From contig PWGD01000110.1 of NCBI GenBank assembly GCA_003554395.1, positions 1 to 51,035 of the forward strand: 51,035 nucleotides of DNA, read 5' to 3'. Origin of the DNA: Syntrophomonadaceae bacterium (GTDB lineage: Bacteria > Bacillota > Dethiobacteria > DTU022). Shown piece after piece: positions 10,675-19,530 of the stretch. A program made the translations under genes and the position numbers. A model generated the notes under the pieces. The model worked only from the letters and a program-made list of their open reading frames with translations, did no database searches and was not told the origin of the DNA. The number at the start of each line of letters is the position of its first letter. The first letter of the stretch is position 1.

Positions 10675-10704
10675 AGGTTAGAATAAAAATTAAGGTGGTT
10701 TTAA

Positions 10705-10941
10705 ATGGTGGCTAAAGACGTCCTATTTGAAATCCGCAAGAAGCTTGAATCTCATCTGGGTGAAAAGATAAAACTGCGAGCCAACCGCGGCCGGCGCAAG
10801 ACTTACGAGAAAGAAGGAGTGTTGGAAAGCCTCTATCCTTCGATTTTTATTGTAAGAGTAGATGAAAATAACTACAAGCAGAGGCTTTCATTCAGTTATA
10901 GCGATGTGCTTACTGAAACAGTTGAGTTAAGCTTTAGCTAA
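10705..10941 (+). CDS. veg: Veg family protein
   Basis: KLRANRGRRK..E.EGVLE..YPSIFIV..D......LSFSYSDVLTETVEL. Confidence 0.93.
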   Translation: MVAKDVLFEIRKKLESHLGEKIKLRANRGRRKTYEKEGVLESLYPSIFIVRVDENNYKQRLSFSYSDVLTETVELSFS

Positions 10942-11052
10942 GGGGAAATGCGCCGCAGCGCAGGCTAGCAAAAAAATTCCCGCTAATTGATATCTTGGGC
11001 CCCGATCTAAAATCGGCACAAGCAGCAAGGCCCGACGATAAAATAGCAGCCT

Positions 11053-11083
11053 AAAACCGGATCTTGATCCGGTTTTTTCTTTT
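11053..11083 (+). terminator. Intrinsic terminator downstream of veg
   Basis: AAAACCGGAT...ATCCGGTTTT followed by TTCTTTT. Confidence 0.7.
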
Positions 11084-11116
11084 GCTGCTGATTTCATGCA
11101 CTTTATAAACCCTCAG

Positions 11117-11145
11117 GCAGGATTAAGCCTCATTTTGTAGAATAC
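11117..11145 (+). promoter_or_regulatory. Putative sigma-H promoter of the pncA-pncB-ispE operon
   Basis: GCAGGATT-N12-GTAGAATAC (AGGA-N17-GAAT); arms identical to the hup promoter. Confidence 0.7.
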
Positions 11146-11180
11146 CGTCACCACAACCAACTATCAAGGAGGGAATGCCG

Positions 11181-11696
11181 GTGAAAGCTTTGCTTGTTAT
11201 TGATATGGTGGTTGATTTTATTGATCCTGAAGGAGCCCTTTATATAGGACCGGTGGCTGAAAAGGTCGTTCCCCAGGTAAAATCCCGGTTGGAAAAATAC
11301 CGGTCCGAAGGTTCTCCGGTGCTCTTTGTCTGTGATCGGCATACCGAGGATGATCTTGAATTTAACCTCTTTCCTCCTCACAGCGTAAAGGGCGGCGGCG
11401 GCGACGAAATTATCGCTGAGCTTGTGCCCGCTCCCGATGAAAGGGTGATTGAAAAGAGGCGCTTCAGCGCCTTTGTTGGTACCGATTTGGACCTGACCTT
11501 AAGAGATCAGGGGATCGCCGAGATCGAACTGGCCGGAGTGGTAACCAATATCTGTATTCTTTATACTGCGGCCATGGCCCGTATGTACGGCTATAAAGTA
11601 GCTGTTCCGGTCAATGCCGTGGCGAGCTTTGATGAGGAAGCCCATAACTTTGCCTTAAAAGAAATGGAAAAAACCCTTGGAGTAAAAATGATCTAA
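11181..11696 (+). CDS. pncA: Nicotinamidase / isochorismatase-family cysteine hydrolase (GTG 11181 fits the SD better than ATG 11175)
   Basis: IDM (Asp), DRH..., PPH, EKRRFSAF (Lys), GVVTNIC (Cys); adjacent to NAPRTase. Confidence 0.78.
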   Translation: MKALLVIDMVVDFIDPEGALYIGPVAEKVVPQVKSRLEKYRSEGSPVLFVCDRHTEDDLEFNLFPPHSVKGGGGDEIIAELVPAPDERVIEKRRFSAFVGTDLDLTLRDQGIAEIELAGVVTNICILYTAAMARMYGYKVAVPVNAVASFDEEAHNFALKEMEKTLGVKMI

Positions 11697-11714
11697 ATAG
11701 AGCTGGAGGACAAA

Positions 11715-12755
11715 ATGAAGCTACAAGATTTCATTACCCTGAAAGAGATCGGCCAGATTGAAATTGACCCCAAACAGCGTTTTTTTTCGGCGTCGGACTC
11801 AGAAATTCTGCGGGGCTTGACCAGTGACATTTACTTTGTCCGCAGCAGGGACCTGCTGGATTCCATGGGGCTGGTTGAAACGGAAGTGACGGCGGAAATC
11901 TTTTCCTCGGGAGCAGGTGTTTTCGGGGGTCTACATGAAACCCTCTATCTTTTGAAAGGGCGCAACCTGGATCTATGGGCCCTCCCGGAAGGCGAGACAA
12001 TGGAGGCCAGGGAAGTCGTGATGCGCATCAAAGGCCGCTACGGCGATTTTGGCATCTATGAAACCCCCCTGCTGGGCATTTTAGCCAGCTCCAGCGGCTG
12101 GTGCACCGCGGCGCGCAGCTGCAAGGAAGCGGCCGGAAAGAAGATGGTAGTCTGTTATGGTTCAAGGCACCTCCATCCGGCGGTCGCCCCGGTGATGGAG
12201 CGTTCAGCTGTAATTGGAGGGGCCGATGCCTGCAGCTGTATCCTGGGGGCGCTTTTACTGGGCCGGGCCCCGGTCGGGACTGTCCCGCATGCCGCATTTT
12301 TAATCGTCGGCGATACGGTCGAACTGGCCGAAGCTTACGATCGCTTTATTCCGGAAGATGCCCCCCGGATCATTCTTGTCGATACCTTTAAGGATGAACC
12401 GGAAGAAGCTTTAAGGGTTGCTGAAGCTCTGGGCAAAAAGCTGAACGGTATCCGGCTCGATACTCCCGGCGAAAGGGGAGGGGTTACCCCCGGCCTGGTC
12501 CGCGAAACCAGGGCCCGCCTCGACAAGGACGGTTTTGAGCATGTTCAAATTGTTGTTTCCGGCGGGCTTAATCCGGACCGCATTCCCAGGCTGGTTGAAG
12601 CAGGGGCCGATGCTTTTGGAGTAGGCAGTTACATTGCCCGGGCTCCGGCTATAGATATGACCCTTGATTTGAAGGAAATAAAGGGCCAGGCAATTGCCAA
12701 GCGGGGACGGATTCCGGGTATTACAGATAATAAACGCCTGGTTAAAATGAACTGA
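11715..12755 (+). CDS. pncB: Nicotinate phosphoribosyltransferase (short type)
   Basis: TSDIYF, YETPLLG, YGSRHLHP, GTVPHA, LVDTFKDE, IRLDTP..RGG, SGGL, FGVGS. Confidence 0.88.
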   Translation: MKLQDFITLKEIGQIEIDPKQRFFSASDSEILRGLTSDIYFVRSRDLLDSMGLVETEVTAEIFSSGAGVFGGLHETLYLLKGRNLDLWALPEGETMEAREVVMRIKGRYGDFGIYETPLLGILASSSGWCTAARSCKEAAGKKMVVCYGSRHLHPAVAPVMERSAVIGGADACSCILGALLLGRAPVGTVPHAAFLIVGDTVELAEAYDRFIPEDAPRIILVDTFKDEPEEALRVAEALGKKLNGIRLDTPGERGGVTPGLVRETRARLDKDGFEHVQIVVSGGLNPDRIPRLVEAGADAFGVGSYIARAPAIDMTLDLKEIKGQAIAKRGRIPGITDNKRLVKMN

Positions 12756-12756
12756 A

Positions 12757-13623
12757 ATGGACAGGTCTTTTACTGTCAAAGCGCCTGCTAAAATCAACCT
12801 TGGGTTAAAAGTGATCCGCCGCCGCCCGGACGGCTTTCATGAGCTGGAAACTGTCATGCAGCAGGTCTCCCTGGCGGATACTTTATCTTTTGAACCTGCC
12901 CCCGGAAAGGGGCGGCATTTTTTTTGCACCGAGCGGAGCCTTGCCGGCCCGGAAAACCTGGTCAGCAGGGCGGCATTACTGCTTGAACAGGAAGCAGGGC
13001 GACCTTTACCCGGCGTGAGTATTACCCTCTATAAAAATATTCCCGTCGAAGCCGGCCTGGGCGGGGGCAGTTCCGATGGCGCAGCCGCTTTAGCAGGCTT
13101 AAACCATTTCTGGAACCTGGGCCTTGACGGGGAAACCTTACAGGAGCTGGGTTTGCGTTTAGGGTCTGATGTTCCCTTCTGCCTCCGGGGAGGGACCGCT
13201 CTGGCCGGGGGGCGCGGTGAAAAACTGGAACCGCTTCCGCCCCTGCCTTTTTTCTGGGCAGTCCTGGTTTTACCAGGTAACATCAAGATGTCAACAGCCC
13301 TGGTATATGATAACTTCGACCGATCGAAGCTGGGAGAACCCTCGCTCAATGAACTTGTAGAGGCAGTCAGGCAGGGAAGCAGGGTAAAAATCCTGGAATG
13401 GCTGGCCGGTGATTTTACTAATACTCTGGAAACGGCGGTGGTCGAAGGCGCCGGTACTTTACAAAAAACAAAAAGGAAGCTTCAAGAAAAAGGCCTGCGC
13501 CCGGTCCTCTCAGGCAGCGGCCCGGCCCTTTTTATATTAACCCCCGACTACAACCGGGCCTTTAAGGCCGCCCGGATGATCGAGGAAGAAAACTGCAGGG
13601 CTTACCTGTGCTGGACCCTTTAA
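12757..13623 (+). CDS. ispE: 4-(CDP)-2-C-methyl-D-erythritol kinase
   Basis: APAKINLGL, HELETVMQ, KNIPVEAGLGGGSSD, GSDVPFC, LSGSGP. Confidence 0.96.
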   Translation: MDRSFTVKAPAKINLGLKVIRRRPDGFHELETVMQQVSLADTLSFEPAPGKGRHFFCTERSLAGPENLVSRAALLLEQEAGRPLPGVSITLYKNIPVEAGLGGGSSDGAAALAGLNHFWNLGLDGETLQELGLRLGSDVPFCLRGGTALAGGRGEKLEPLPPLPFFWAVLVLPGNIKMSTALVYDNFDRSKLGEPSLNELVEAVRQGSRVKILEWLAGDFTNTLETAVVEGAGTLQKTKRKLQEKGLRPVLSGSGPALFILTPDYNRAFKAARMIEEENCRAYLCWTL

Positions 13624-13647
13624 AGCAAAGACTGAGGTGAAGCTAAA

Positions 13648-14403
13648 ATGTTTGATGCTGTTGTTTTAGCCGGAGGTGGAAAACCGGAGCCCCTTACCGA
13701 ACAGGAGCAGGTTTCCAATAAGGCCTTTATCATTATTAACGGGCGTCCGCTGCTTGCCTATATCCTGGAAGCCCTTCAGGAATCTCCTTCCATCAACAGG
13801 ATCGCAGTCGTCGGTCCCGAGCGGGAGCTGCTTGAGCTGTCCACCGCAGGCTACCGGTTTGAAGCTGTGCCGGAAAGGGGAAGCATGCTCGACAACCTGG
13901 CTGCCGGTTTTGAACAGGTCGATCAAAACCGCCTGTGCCTGGTCGTTACCGGGGATATTCCCCTTCTTAAAGCTTCTGTAATTGAAGAATTTTTAAGCCT
14001 TTGTGAACCTCATGACCATGACTTTTATTATCCCATCCTGGATCGGGAAACCTGCATCCGCCATTTCCCCCAAACAGAGCGCACTTATGTGCGCCTTAAG
14101 GAAGGCCGGGTTACCGGCGGAAATGTGGTTTTGATCAATCCAAAATGGTATCTTGAGAACCGCGACCGCCTGGAAATGTTCATTTCCTACCGCAAAAAAC
14201 CTCTTAAACTGTTCCGGATTATGCCTCTGACCCTGGTCTTAAAATTTGCCCTGAAAACACTCACTCTAAATGATCTGGAAAGGCACCTTTCCCGGCTGAT
14301 GGGCTTAAAGGCCAGGGCAATTCCCTGCAGCTGTGTTGAACTGGGTGTGGATGTTGACAAGATCAGCGACCTGGCAGTGGTGAAAAAGGCCCTGGAAGTC
14401 TAA
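13648..14403 (+). CDS. MobA-like NTP transferase (GT-A fold), function unknown
   Basis: VVLAGG..., NKA....GRPLL.Y...AL, TGDIP, GGNV, GVDVDK..DL. Confidence 0.78.
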   Translation: MFDAVVLAGGGKPEPLTEQEQVSNKAFIIINGRPLLAYILEALQESPSINRIAVVGPERELLELSTAGYRFEAVPERGSMLDNLAAGFEQVDQNRLCLVVTGDIPLLKASVIEEFLSLCEPHDHDFYYPILDRETCIRHFPQTERTYVRLKEGRVTGGNVVLINPKWYLENRDRLEMFISYRKKPLKLFRIMPLTLVLKFALKTLTLNDLERHLSRLMGLKARAIPCSCVELGVDVDKISDLAVVKKALEV

Positions 14404-14456
14404 AATTTGGATCCGGACGGTTCTTTGCGATTCTTAAGACTTTTTTTAGCGCTCCC

Positions 14457-15350
14457 TCAATTTTCCTTCCGGGCCGGGGGCGTTTTTTTATCCGGCCAGC
14501 CGGCAAAGCGGTAAACATTATTTTCTCCCTGACCCTTTAAATTTTTAAAGACGGATGCGGTAGTTGTATCGACCGGGTTATAAAGCAGAAGATATAAATC
14601 GCCTTGCCTGGTGCTGACCAGGGTTTCGGTAGCCATATAGGAAAGCGGTCCGTAACGGGGATGATCATACTGGAAATGGAAATAAGTCAGGTCGTACCGA
14701 TCGGCATATTTCTGACAGAAGTACCAATCGATGTCAAACTGCCTTTCCTTGAGAAGAATTCCCAGGAGGGACTTGAAATAAGCGGTATGGCGGTAGCGTA
14801 AAGTGGAGCGGCGGAAAAGGAGGATCTCAATAGTAGCGATTTTCCGCCAGGAAGGACCAAAAATTTCTCTGGTGCCGAAAGCGGGTTCATAAATGAGGTA
14901 AAGCAGGTTTTGACCGGCCGGGATCTGCTTGGCATAATTGAGCAGTTCCGGAGTGACCATGAACAGGTTTAAGGTAGAGGTGTTGGCGGCCACAATATCG
15001 GCATAGGCATCAAGGAGCAGCGCCGGGACCTGGAAGACGTTCATTTCAGCAAGCAGGTTGTTAAACCTGGTTAGTGAATCTTCGCGGGGGAAAAGGGTTT
15101 CATTGGAGAGGCCCAGGGCAGCGTATAGAAATTCTTTTCTTTCCAGGTTGGTCAGGTTAAAAGAATCGGCCAAATGCAACAGCGTTTGGGTGTCCAGGTA
15201 TTTGCGATCCCCTCTTTCCAGCCTTCCCAGCTGATCCGGGCTCAGATGCACGGCACTGCTTAAACTTTCCCTTGTCCAGGGGACGCCCTGCCGGTCTACA
15301 GTGGTCCTGCGCAGGGTTTTGATCAGGAGCCCAAAATCGCTAAGGTTCAT
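14457..15350 (-). CDS. XRE-family HTH regulator with MmyB-like C-terminal ligand-binding domain
   Basis: FG.LIKTLRR...WTRE.LS....LS...LGRLERG; LADSFNLT..ER; PALLLDAYADIVAAN; NLL..I; F....HP.YG.L. Confidence 0.78.
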   Translation of the reverse strand: MNLSDFGLLIKTLRRTTVDRQGVPWTRESLSSAVHLSPDQLGRLERGDRKYLDTQTLLHLADSFNLTNLERKEFLYAALGLSNETLFPREDSLTRFNNLLAEMNVFQVPALLLDAYADIVAANTSTLNLFMVTPELLNYAKQIPAGQNLLYLIYEPAFGTREIFGPSWRKIATIEILLFRRSTLRYRHTAYFKSLLGILLKERQFDIDWYFCQKYADRYDLTYFHFQYDHPRYGPLSYMATETLVSTRQGDLYLLLYNPVDTTTASVFKNLKGQGENNVYRFAGWPDKKTPPARKEN

Positions 15351-15459
15351 TTTTAATACCCCGGTTAAAATATTCTACGGAAAACTTTAAAAAATCGCAT
15401 GTAAACTTGCGAAAAAATGCAAGATTAAATGATTTGCATAAACTGTTATGGAGGTTAAG

Positions 15460-15489
15460 ATTATATATACAAAACTTAAAACTACTCAA
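15460..15489 (-). promoter_or_regulatory. Candidate sigma-A promoter of the XRE gene
   Basis: TTGAGT-18-TATAAT on the minus strand in an AT-rich spacer. Confidence 0.4.
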
Positions 15490-15604
15490 CACAAAACTCA
15501 TTCTTATAACACTATCATACCCGATATCTAAACTGAACGCAAAGATGCGGAATAGTGCAATATTTAAACAGACGACCGGCCAACAATAAGGGAGGAGGGT
15601 ATAA

Positions 15605-15880
15605 ATGATTGTTACAGATGTGCGGGTCAGGCGGATTACTCAGGAGGGGAAGATGAAAGCGATCGTGTCAATTACCCTGGAAGACAGTTTTGCGGTCCAT
15701 GACGTGCGGGTCATCGAGGGCAGCAACGGTCTGTTTGTGGCCATGCCCAGCAAGCGGAACCCAAACGGCGATTTCAGGGATATTGCTCATCCGATCAACG
15801 CGATCACCAGGGGGGAAATCCAGAGGGCGGTCCTGGAAGCTTACAACTCTGCCCTGGAAAAAGAAGCTGTCTGGGTCTGA
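15605..15880 (+). CDS. spoVG: SpoVG nucleic-acid-binding regulator
   Basis: [42 protein letters not shown]; GGAGG SD. Confidence 0.96.
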   Translation: MIVTDVRVRRITQEGKMKAIVSITLEDSFAVHDVRVIEGSNGLFVAMPSKRNPNGDFRDIAHPINAITRGEIQRAVLEAYNSALEKEAVWV

Positions 15881-15901
15881 GGACTGATTATTATTTTACT
15901 T

Positions 15902-15930
15902 TTGTCTCTTCTTAAAAACTGCAGTATAAT
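15902..15930 (+). promoter_or_regulatory. Sigma-A promoter of glmU
   Basis: TTGTCT-17-TATAAT. Confidence 0.6.
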
Positions 15931-15965
15931 GGACATCAAGATGATCATATGAGGAGAGGCTGTTT

Positions 15966-16958
15966 ATGAAGCAGGTCTGGGCCGTAGTTTTGGCTGCAGG
16001 TGAGGGAAAGCGTATGCACTCCCGCTTACCGAAAGTTCTACACCCCCTCTGCGGCAAGAAAATGCTGGAATACATCCTGGAAAGCGCCGCTGAACTGACC
16101 AACCGGATCCTGGTTGTGGTCGGTCACGGCGCTTCGCAGGTCCAGGAAACTTTGGGCGATCGGTGGAGATATGTTTTACAGGAGCATCAGCTGGGAACGG
16201 GCCACGCTGTTATGGAAGCCCTCAAAGAACTGCCCCGGAAAGGAACACTCCTGATTTTGTGCGGGGATACCCCTCTTTTAGAAGCTCCATATTTAAAACA
16301 GCTGGCAGCCTGCTGCCGGGGCCGCGCAGCGGCAGTAGCTACGGCCAGGGTCCCTGATCCCTCCGGTTACGGCCGCGTCGTGCGCGCTCAGGACGGAGAG
16401 GTGGCCTGTATAGTTGAAGACGGGGATGCATCAGCGGAAGAAAAAAAAATTGACGAGATTAATACCGGCACCTACTGCTTTGACCTTGAACTGCTCCGTA
16501 AGTATCTGCCCCGCCTTGGGACCGACAATGTCCAAAAAGAATATTACCTGCCTGATGTAGTGGCCATGATGCGAAAAGACGGCCACAGCACCGGCGCCTG
16601 CTGCCTGGATGACTACCGGGTAGGGCTGGGGATCAATAACCGGGCCCAGCTGGCTGAAGCGGTGAAGATCCTGCAGCAAAAGATAGGGCAAAAACTGATG
16701 CTAAGCGGGGTAACTATTGAGGATCCGGGCGCTGTTTTCATAGATTTTGACGTTCAAGTAGGCCCGGATACGGTCCTCAGACCCGGTTGTATTCTGGAAA
16801 AAGGGACTGTCATCGGGGCAGAATGCCTCATCGGCCCCGGGACCCACCTGGTCGGCGCGGAAATCGGTGACGGGAGCGCCGTCTGCCAGTCGGTAGTAAA
16901 AAATACGAGGGTGGAAAAGGGCTCTAAAATCGGCCCCTTTGCCCACATCACCCCTTGA
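15966..16958 (+). CDS. glmU: GlmU, C-terminally truncated (330 aa): uridyltransferase domain plus the start of the left-handed beta-helix only
   Basis: LAAGEGKRM.S.LPKVLH, QLGTGHAV, GDTPL, GYGRVVR, EINTG, QKEYYLPD, GINNR.QLA; ends GPFAHITP*; position between spoVG and prs. Confidence 0.9.
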   Translation: MKQVWAVVLAAGEGKRMHSRLPKVLHPLCGKKMLEYILESAAELTNRILVVVGHGASQVQETLGDRWRYVLQEHQLGTGHAVMEALKELPRKGTLLILCGDTPLLEAPYLKQLAACCRGRAAAVATARVPDPSGYGRVVRAQDGEVACIVEDGDASAEEKKIDEINTGTYCFDLELLRKYLPRLGTDNVQKEYYLPDVVAMMRKDGHSTGACCLDDYRVGLGINNRAQLAEAVKILQQKIGQKLMLSGVTIEDPGAVFIDFDVQVGPDTVLRPGCILEKGTVIGAECLIGPGTHLVGAEIGDGSAVCQSVVKNTRVEKGSKIGPFAHITP

Positions 16959-17138
16959 TTTTCGAAAGGGCGGTGCCGGATAACAAGTAAGGCTGTAAAT
17001 AATAAACCGGGTTGTTGGCGTCCCGGATTTTTTAACATCTCCTGCCACCCGGCAGGAAAAAGGGTTTAAGAGGGAGAAAGAAATTATCATCAAAACCCTG
17101 AAGATATTTTGTATAAACTATTTACAGGAGGGTGCAAG

Positions 17139-18092
17139 GTGATCAATGGAAACGAACTGAAAATTTTTTGCGGCAGCGCTAACCCGGAGTTGGCTGAAGA
17201 AATTGCTACATATGTTGGGACTCCTCTCAGTAATTGCGAAGTAACCCGCTTCAGCGACGGTGAAATTTCGATCAGCATTAGAGAAAGTGTCCGCGGGGCC
17301 AATGCTTTTCTTATTCAACCCCTGTGCGGACTAATCAATGAAAGTATCTTTGAGCTGCTGATTATTATTGATGCCCTTAAAAGAGCCTCCGTCAAATCGG
17401 TTAATGCCGTCATCCCCTATTATGCTTATGCCCGGCAGGATCGCAAGACCAGGGCCCGTGATCCTATAACTGCCAAACTGATCGCCGACCTGATCACCAC
17501 AGCCGGCGCCAACCGGGTAGTGGCCATGGACCTTCATGCCGGACAAATTCAGGGTTTTTTCAATATTCCCCTGGATCACCTGACGGCCCTGCCGATTTTA
17601 AGCAAATATTTAATGGAAAAAGAAATAGAAAACGGGGTTGTGGTTTCTCCCGATCTGGGCGGGGTGACCAGGGCCCGGGATCTGGCCAATCGCCTGGTGA
17701 TGCCGATCGCTATTATTGACAAAAAAAGACCTGCCCCCAACAAAGCTGAAATAATGAATATTATTGGCGATGTAAAGGGCAAAACGGCCATTTTCATTGA
17801 CGACATGATCGATACGGCCGGGACAATCACCCTGGGAGCCGAGGCTCTAATAGAAGCAGGAGCCAAAGAAGTCTATGCCTGCTGCACGCACCCGGTTTTT
17901 TCCGGCCCGGCTTTAAAGCGCTTGAGCGATTCCAGCCTGGCCGAAGTTGTTTATACCAACACGATTCCTATTGATCGGGGGATGTTGAGAGGTTTAAACA
18001 ATTGTTTTACTTCCCTTTCCGTTGCGCCCCTGATTGGTGAAGCGATAATCCGGATCCAGAAAAAACGATCGGTAAGCGAACTTTTTGATTGA
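17139..18092 (+). CDS. prs: Ribose-phosphate pyrophosphokinase (start re-called to GTG 17139)
   Basis: FSDGEI, YYAYARQDRK, MDLHAGQIQGFF, VSPDLGG, DDMIDTAGT; AGGAGG SD. Confidence 0.97.
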   Translation: MINGNELKIFCGSANPELAEEIATYVGTPLSNCEVTRFSDGEISISIRESVRGANAFLIQPLCGLINESIFELLIIIDALKRASVKSVNAVIPYYAYARQDRKTRARDPITAKLIADLITTAGANRVVAMDLHAGQIQGFFNIPLDHLTALPILSKYLMEKEIENGVVVSPDLGGVTRARDLANRLVMPIAIIDKKRPAPNKAEIMNIIGDVKGKTAIFIDDMIDTAGTITLGAEALIEAGAKEVYACCTHPVFSGPALKRLSDSSLAEVVYTNTIPIDRGMLRGLNNCFTSLSVAPLIGEAIIRIQKKRSVSELFD

Positions 18093-18093
18093 G

Positions 18094-18122
18094 TTGATCT
18101 CAAACGCTTCCTGCAGTATACT
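18094..18122 (+). promoter_or_regulatory. Sigma-A promoter of rplY
   Basis: TTGATC-17-TATACT. Confidence 0.6.
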
Positions 18123-18145
18123 ATTGCAGAAGGAGGCTTGAAGGA

Positions 18146-18826
18146 ATGGACAGAATGGAAATGGAAGTTCAAACCCGTCCGCCTTTAACCAGGGGACAGC
18201 TCAACCAGATGCGCCGGGAAGACAAGGTTCCGGCAGTACTTTACGGCAGGGGAGCGGATAATTTCCCCCTGGTTGTAGACGGGCGCACCTTAAGACAGAT
18301 TTTAACAACAGGGGGCGGAAACGTCCTGCTCGATCTGAAGGTCAAGTCAAGAGGTAAAAAGACGCGGCAGGAAACGGTCATGTTCAGGGATATCCAGAGA
18401 GATATATTGTATCAGGACCGCATTCTCCATGTCGATTTCATCCGCATCTCGATGACCGACAAGATCGAAGTTGCAGTTCACCTCAACTTTATCGGTGAGC
18501 CGGCCGGGGTGGCAGAAGGCGGAGTCCTATCTCTGGTGAGCCGGGAAGTAGAGGTTGAATGCCTGCCGGGAGATATCCCCGAACAATTCGACGTCGATAT
18601 TTCCGGGCTGGGAATTGGCGACAGCATTACCGCCGAAAGCCTGGTCCTCGAAGGAGACCTTGAATTGCTCACTCCTCCGGAGACAACGCTGGCCCAGGTT
18701 CTGGCTCCGATGGCTGAAGAAGAATTAGAACCGGCTGTCGAAGAAGAAGAGCCTGAAGAAGGCGAAGAGGCGGCCGAAGAAGAAGCCGGAGAAGAAGCTG
18801 AAGAAGAAGCTAAAGAAGAAAGTTAA
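18146..18826 (+). CDS. rplY: Ribosomal protein bL25/Ctc with Glu-rich tail
   Basis: VPAVLYG, HVDF.RI, G.P.GV.EGG, ECLP.DIPE...VDISGL.IGD; follows prs. Confidence 0.93.
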   Translation: MDRMEMEVQTRPPLTRGQLNQMRREDKVPAVLYGRGADNFPLVVDGRTLRQILTTGGGNVLLDLKVKSRGKKTRQETVMFRDIQRDILYQDRILHVDFIRISMTDKIEVAVHLNFIGEPAGVAEGGVLSLVSREVEVECLPGDIPEQFDVDISGLGIGDSITAESLVLEGDLELLTPPETTLAQVLAPMAEEELEPAVEEEEPEEGEEAAEEEAGEEAEEEAKEES

Positions 18827-18926
18827 GCGGCCCGGTTTTGAAAGCAGGAAAAAAGCAATGCTAAATGCCCCTTGGCTTGAGGGGCATTGATCTTCGTCGG
18901 ACCTGCTGCGGCGCTTGAGTGATGTC

Positions 18927-19508
18927 ATGTTTTTAATAATTGGCCTGGGCAACCCCAAAAAAGTTTATACAGGCAGCAGGCACAATGTCGGTTTCCAGGT
19001 GGTGGAAGCCCTTTCCCGCCGCCTGAAAACAGGGGCTCCGGTTACGAAGCACCGCTCATTGCTGTTTGAATCAGAATACGGCGATCAAAAGCTGGTCCTT
19101 GCTCAACCGCTCACCTATATGAACCGCAGCGGTTTGGCTGTTAATGAACTGGTGGCCAAGTACAGGCTCGAGCTTTCCAAAATACTGGTGATTTATGATG
19201 ATCTTGATCTCCCCCCGGGATCGATCCGCCTGCGTAAACAGGGTGGAGCGGCCGGACACCGCGGCGTCGAATCGATCATCGAGGCCCTGGGAACTGAAGC
19301 TTTTCCCAGGTTACGGGTTGGCATAGGCAAACCGCCTCCGGGGATAGAGGCGGCGGACTATGTTTTGCAGCCGCTCGAAGAGGAAGCCTGGAAGCTGATT
19401 GAACCGGCCCTGGGCCGGGCAGTGGAGGCAGTCCTTGTCTTTGTCAGCAGCGGACTGGAAACCGCCATGAATGAATTTAACCGGGACTTGTCTTCTCCCG
19501 GATCATAG
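18927..19508 (+). CDS. pth: Peptidyl-tRNA hydrolase (ATG 18927; track TTG 18915)
   Basis: LIIGLGNP, RHNVGF, P.TYMN.SG, YDDLDLP.G.IRL, GHRG, RLRVGIG. Confidence 0.96.
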   Translation: MFLIIGLGNPKKVYTGSRHNVGFQVVEALSRRLKTGAPVTKHRSLLFESEYGDQKLVLAQPLTYMNRSGLAVNELVAKYRLELSKILVIYDDLDLPPGSIRLRKQGGAAGHRGVESIIEALGTEAFPRLRVGIGKPPPGIEAADYVLQPLEEEAWKLIEPALGRAVEAVLVFVSSGLETAMNEFNRDLSSPGS

Positions 19509-19530
19509 TTTAACCTTCAATCAAAAGAGG

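Noticed and set aside
10942-11052. Small hairpins after veg as a possible ncRNA or riboswitch for NAD salvage
   Set aside because: Stems are short and lie upstream of a terminator; pncA has its own promoter downstream, so they are not in its leader.
14422-15545. TCTTTGCG...CGCAAAGA inverted repeat bracketing the XRE gene as transposon ends
   Set aside because: Only 8 perfect bp, with no target-site duplication or transposase; compatible with chance.
16956-17070. UGA readthrough, selenocysteine or frameshift rescuing full-length GlmU
   Set aside because: No downstream frame resembles GlmU and the space before prs is too small.
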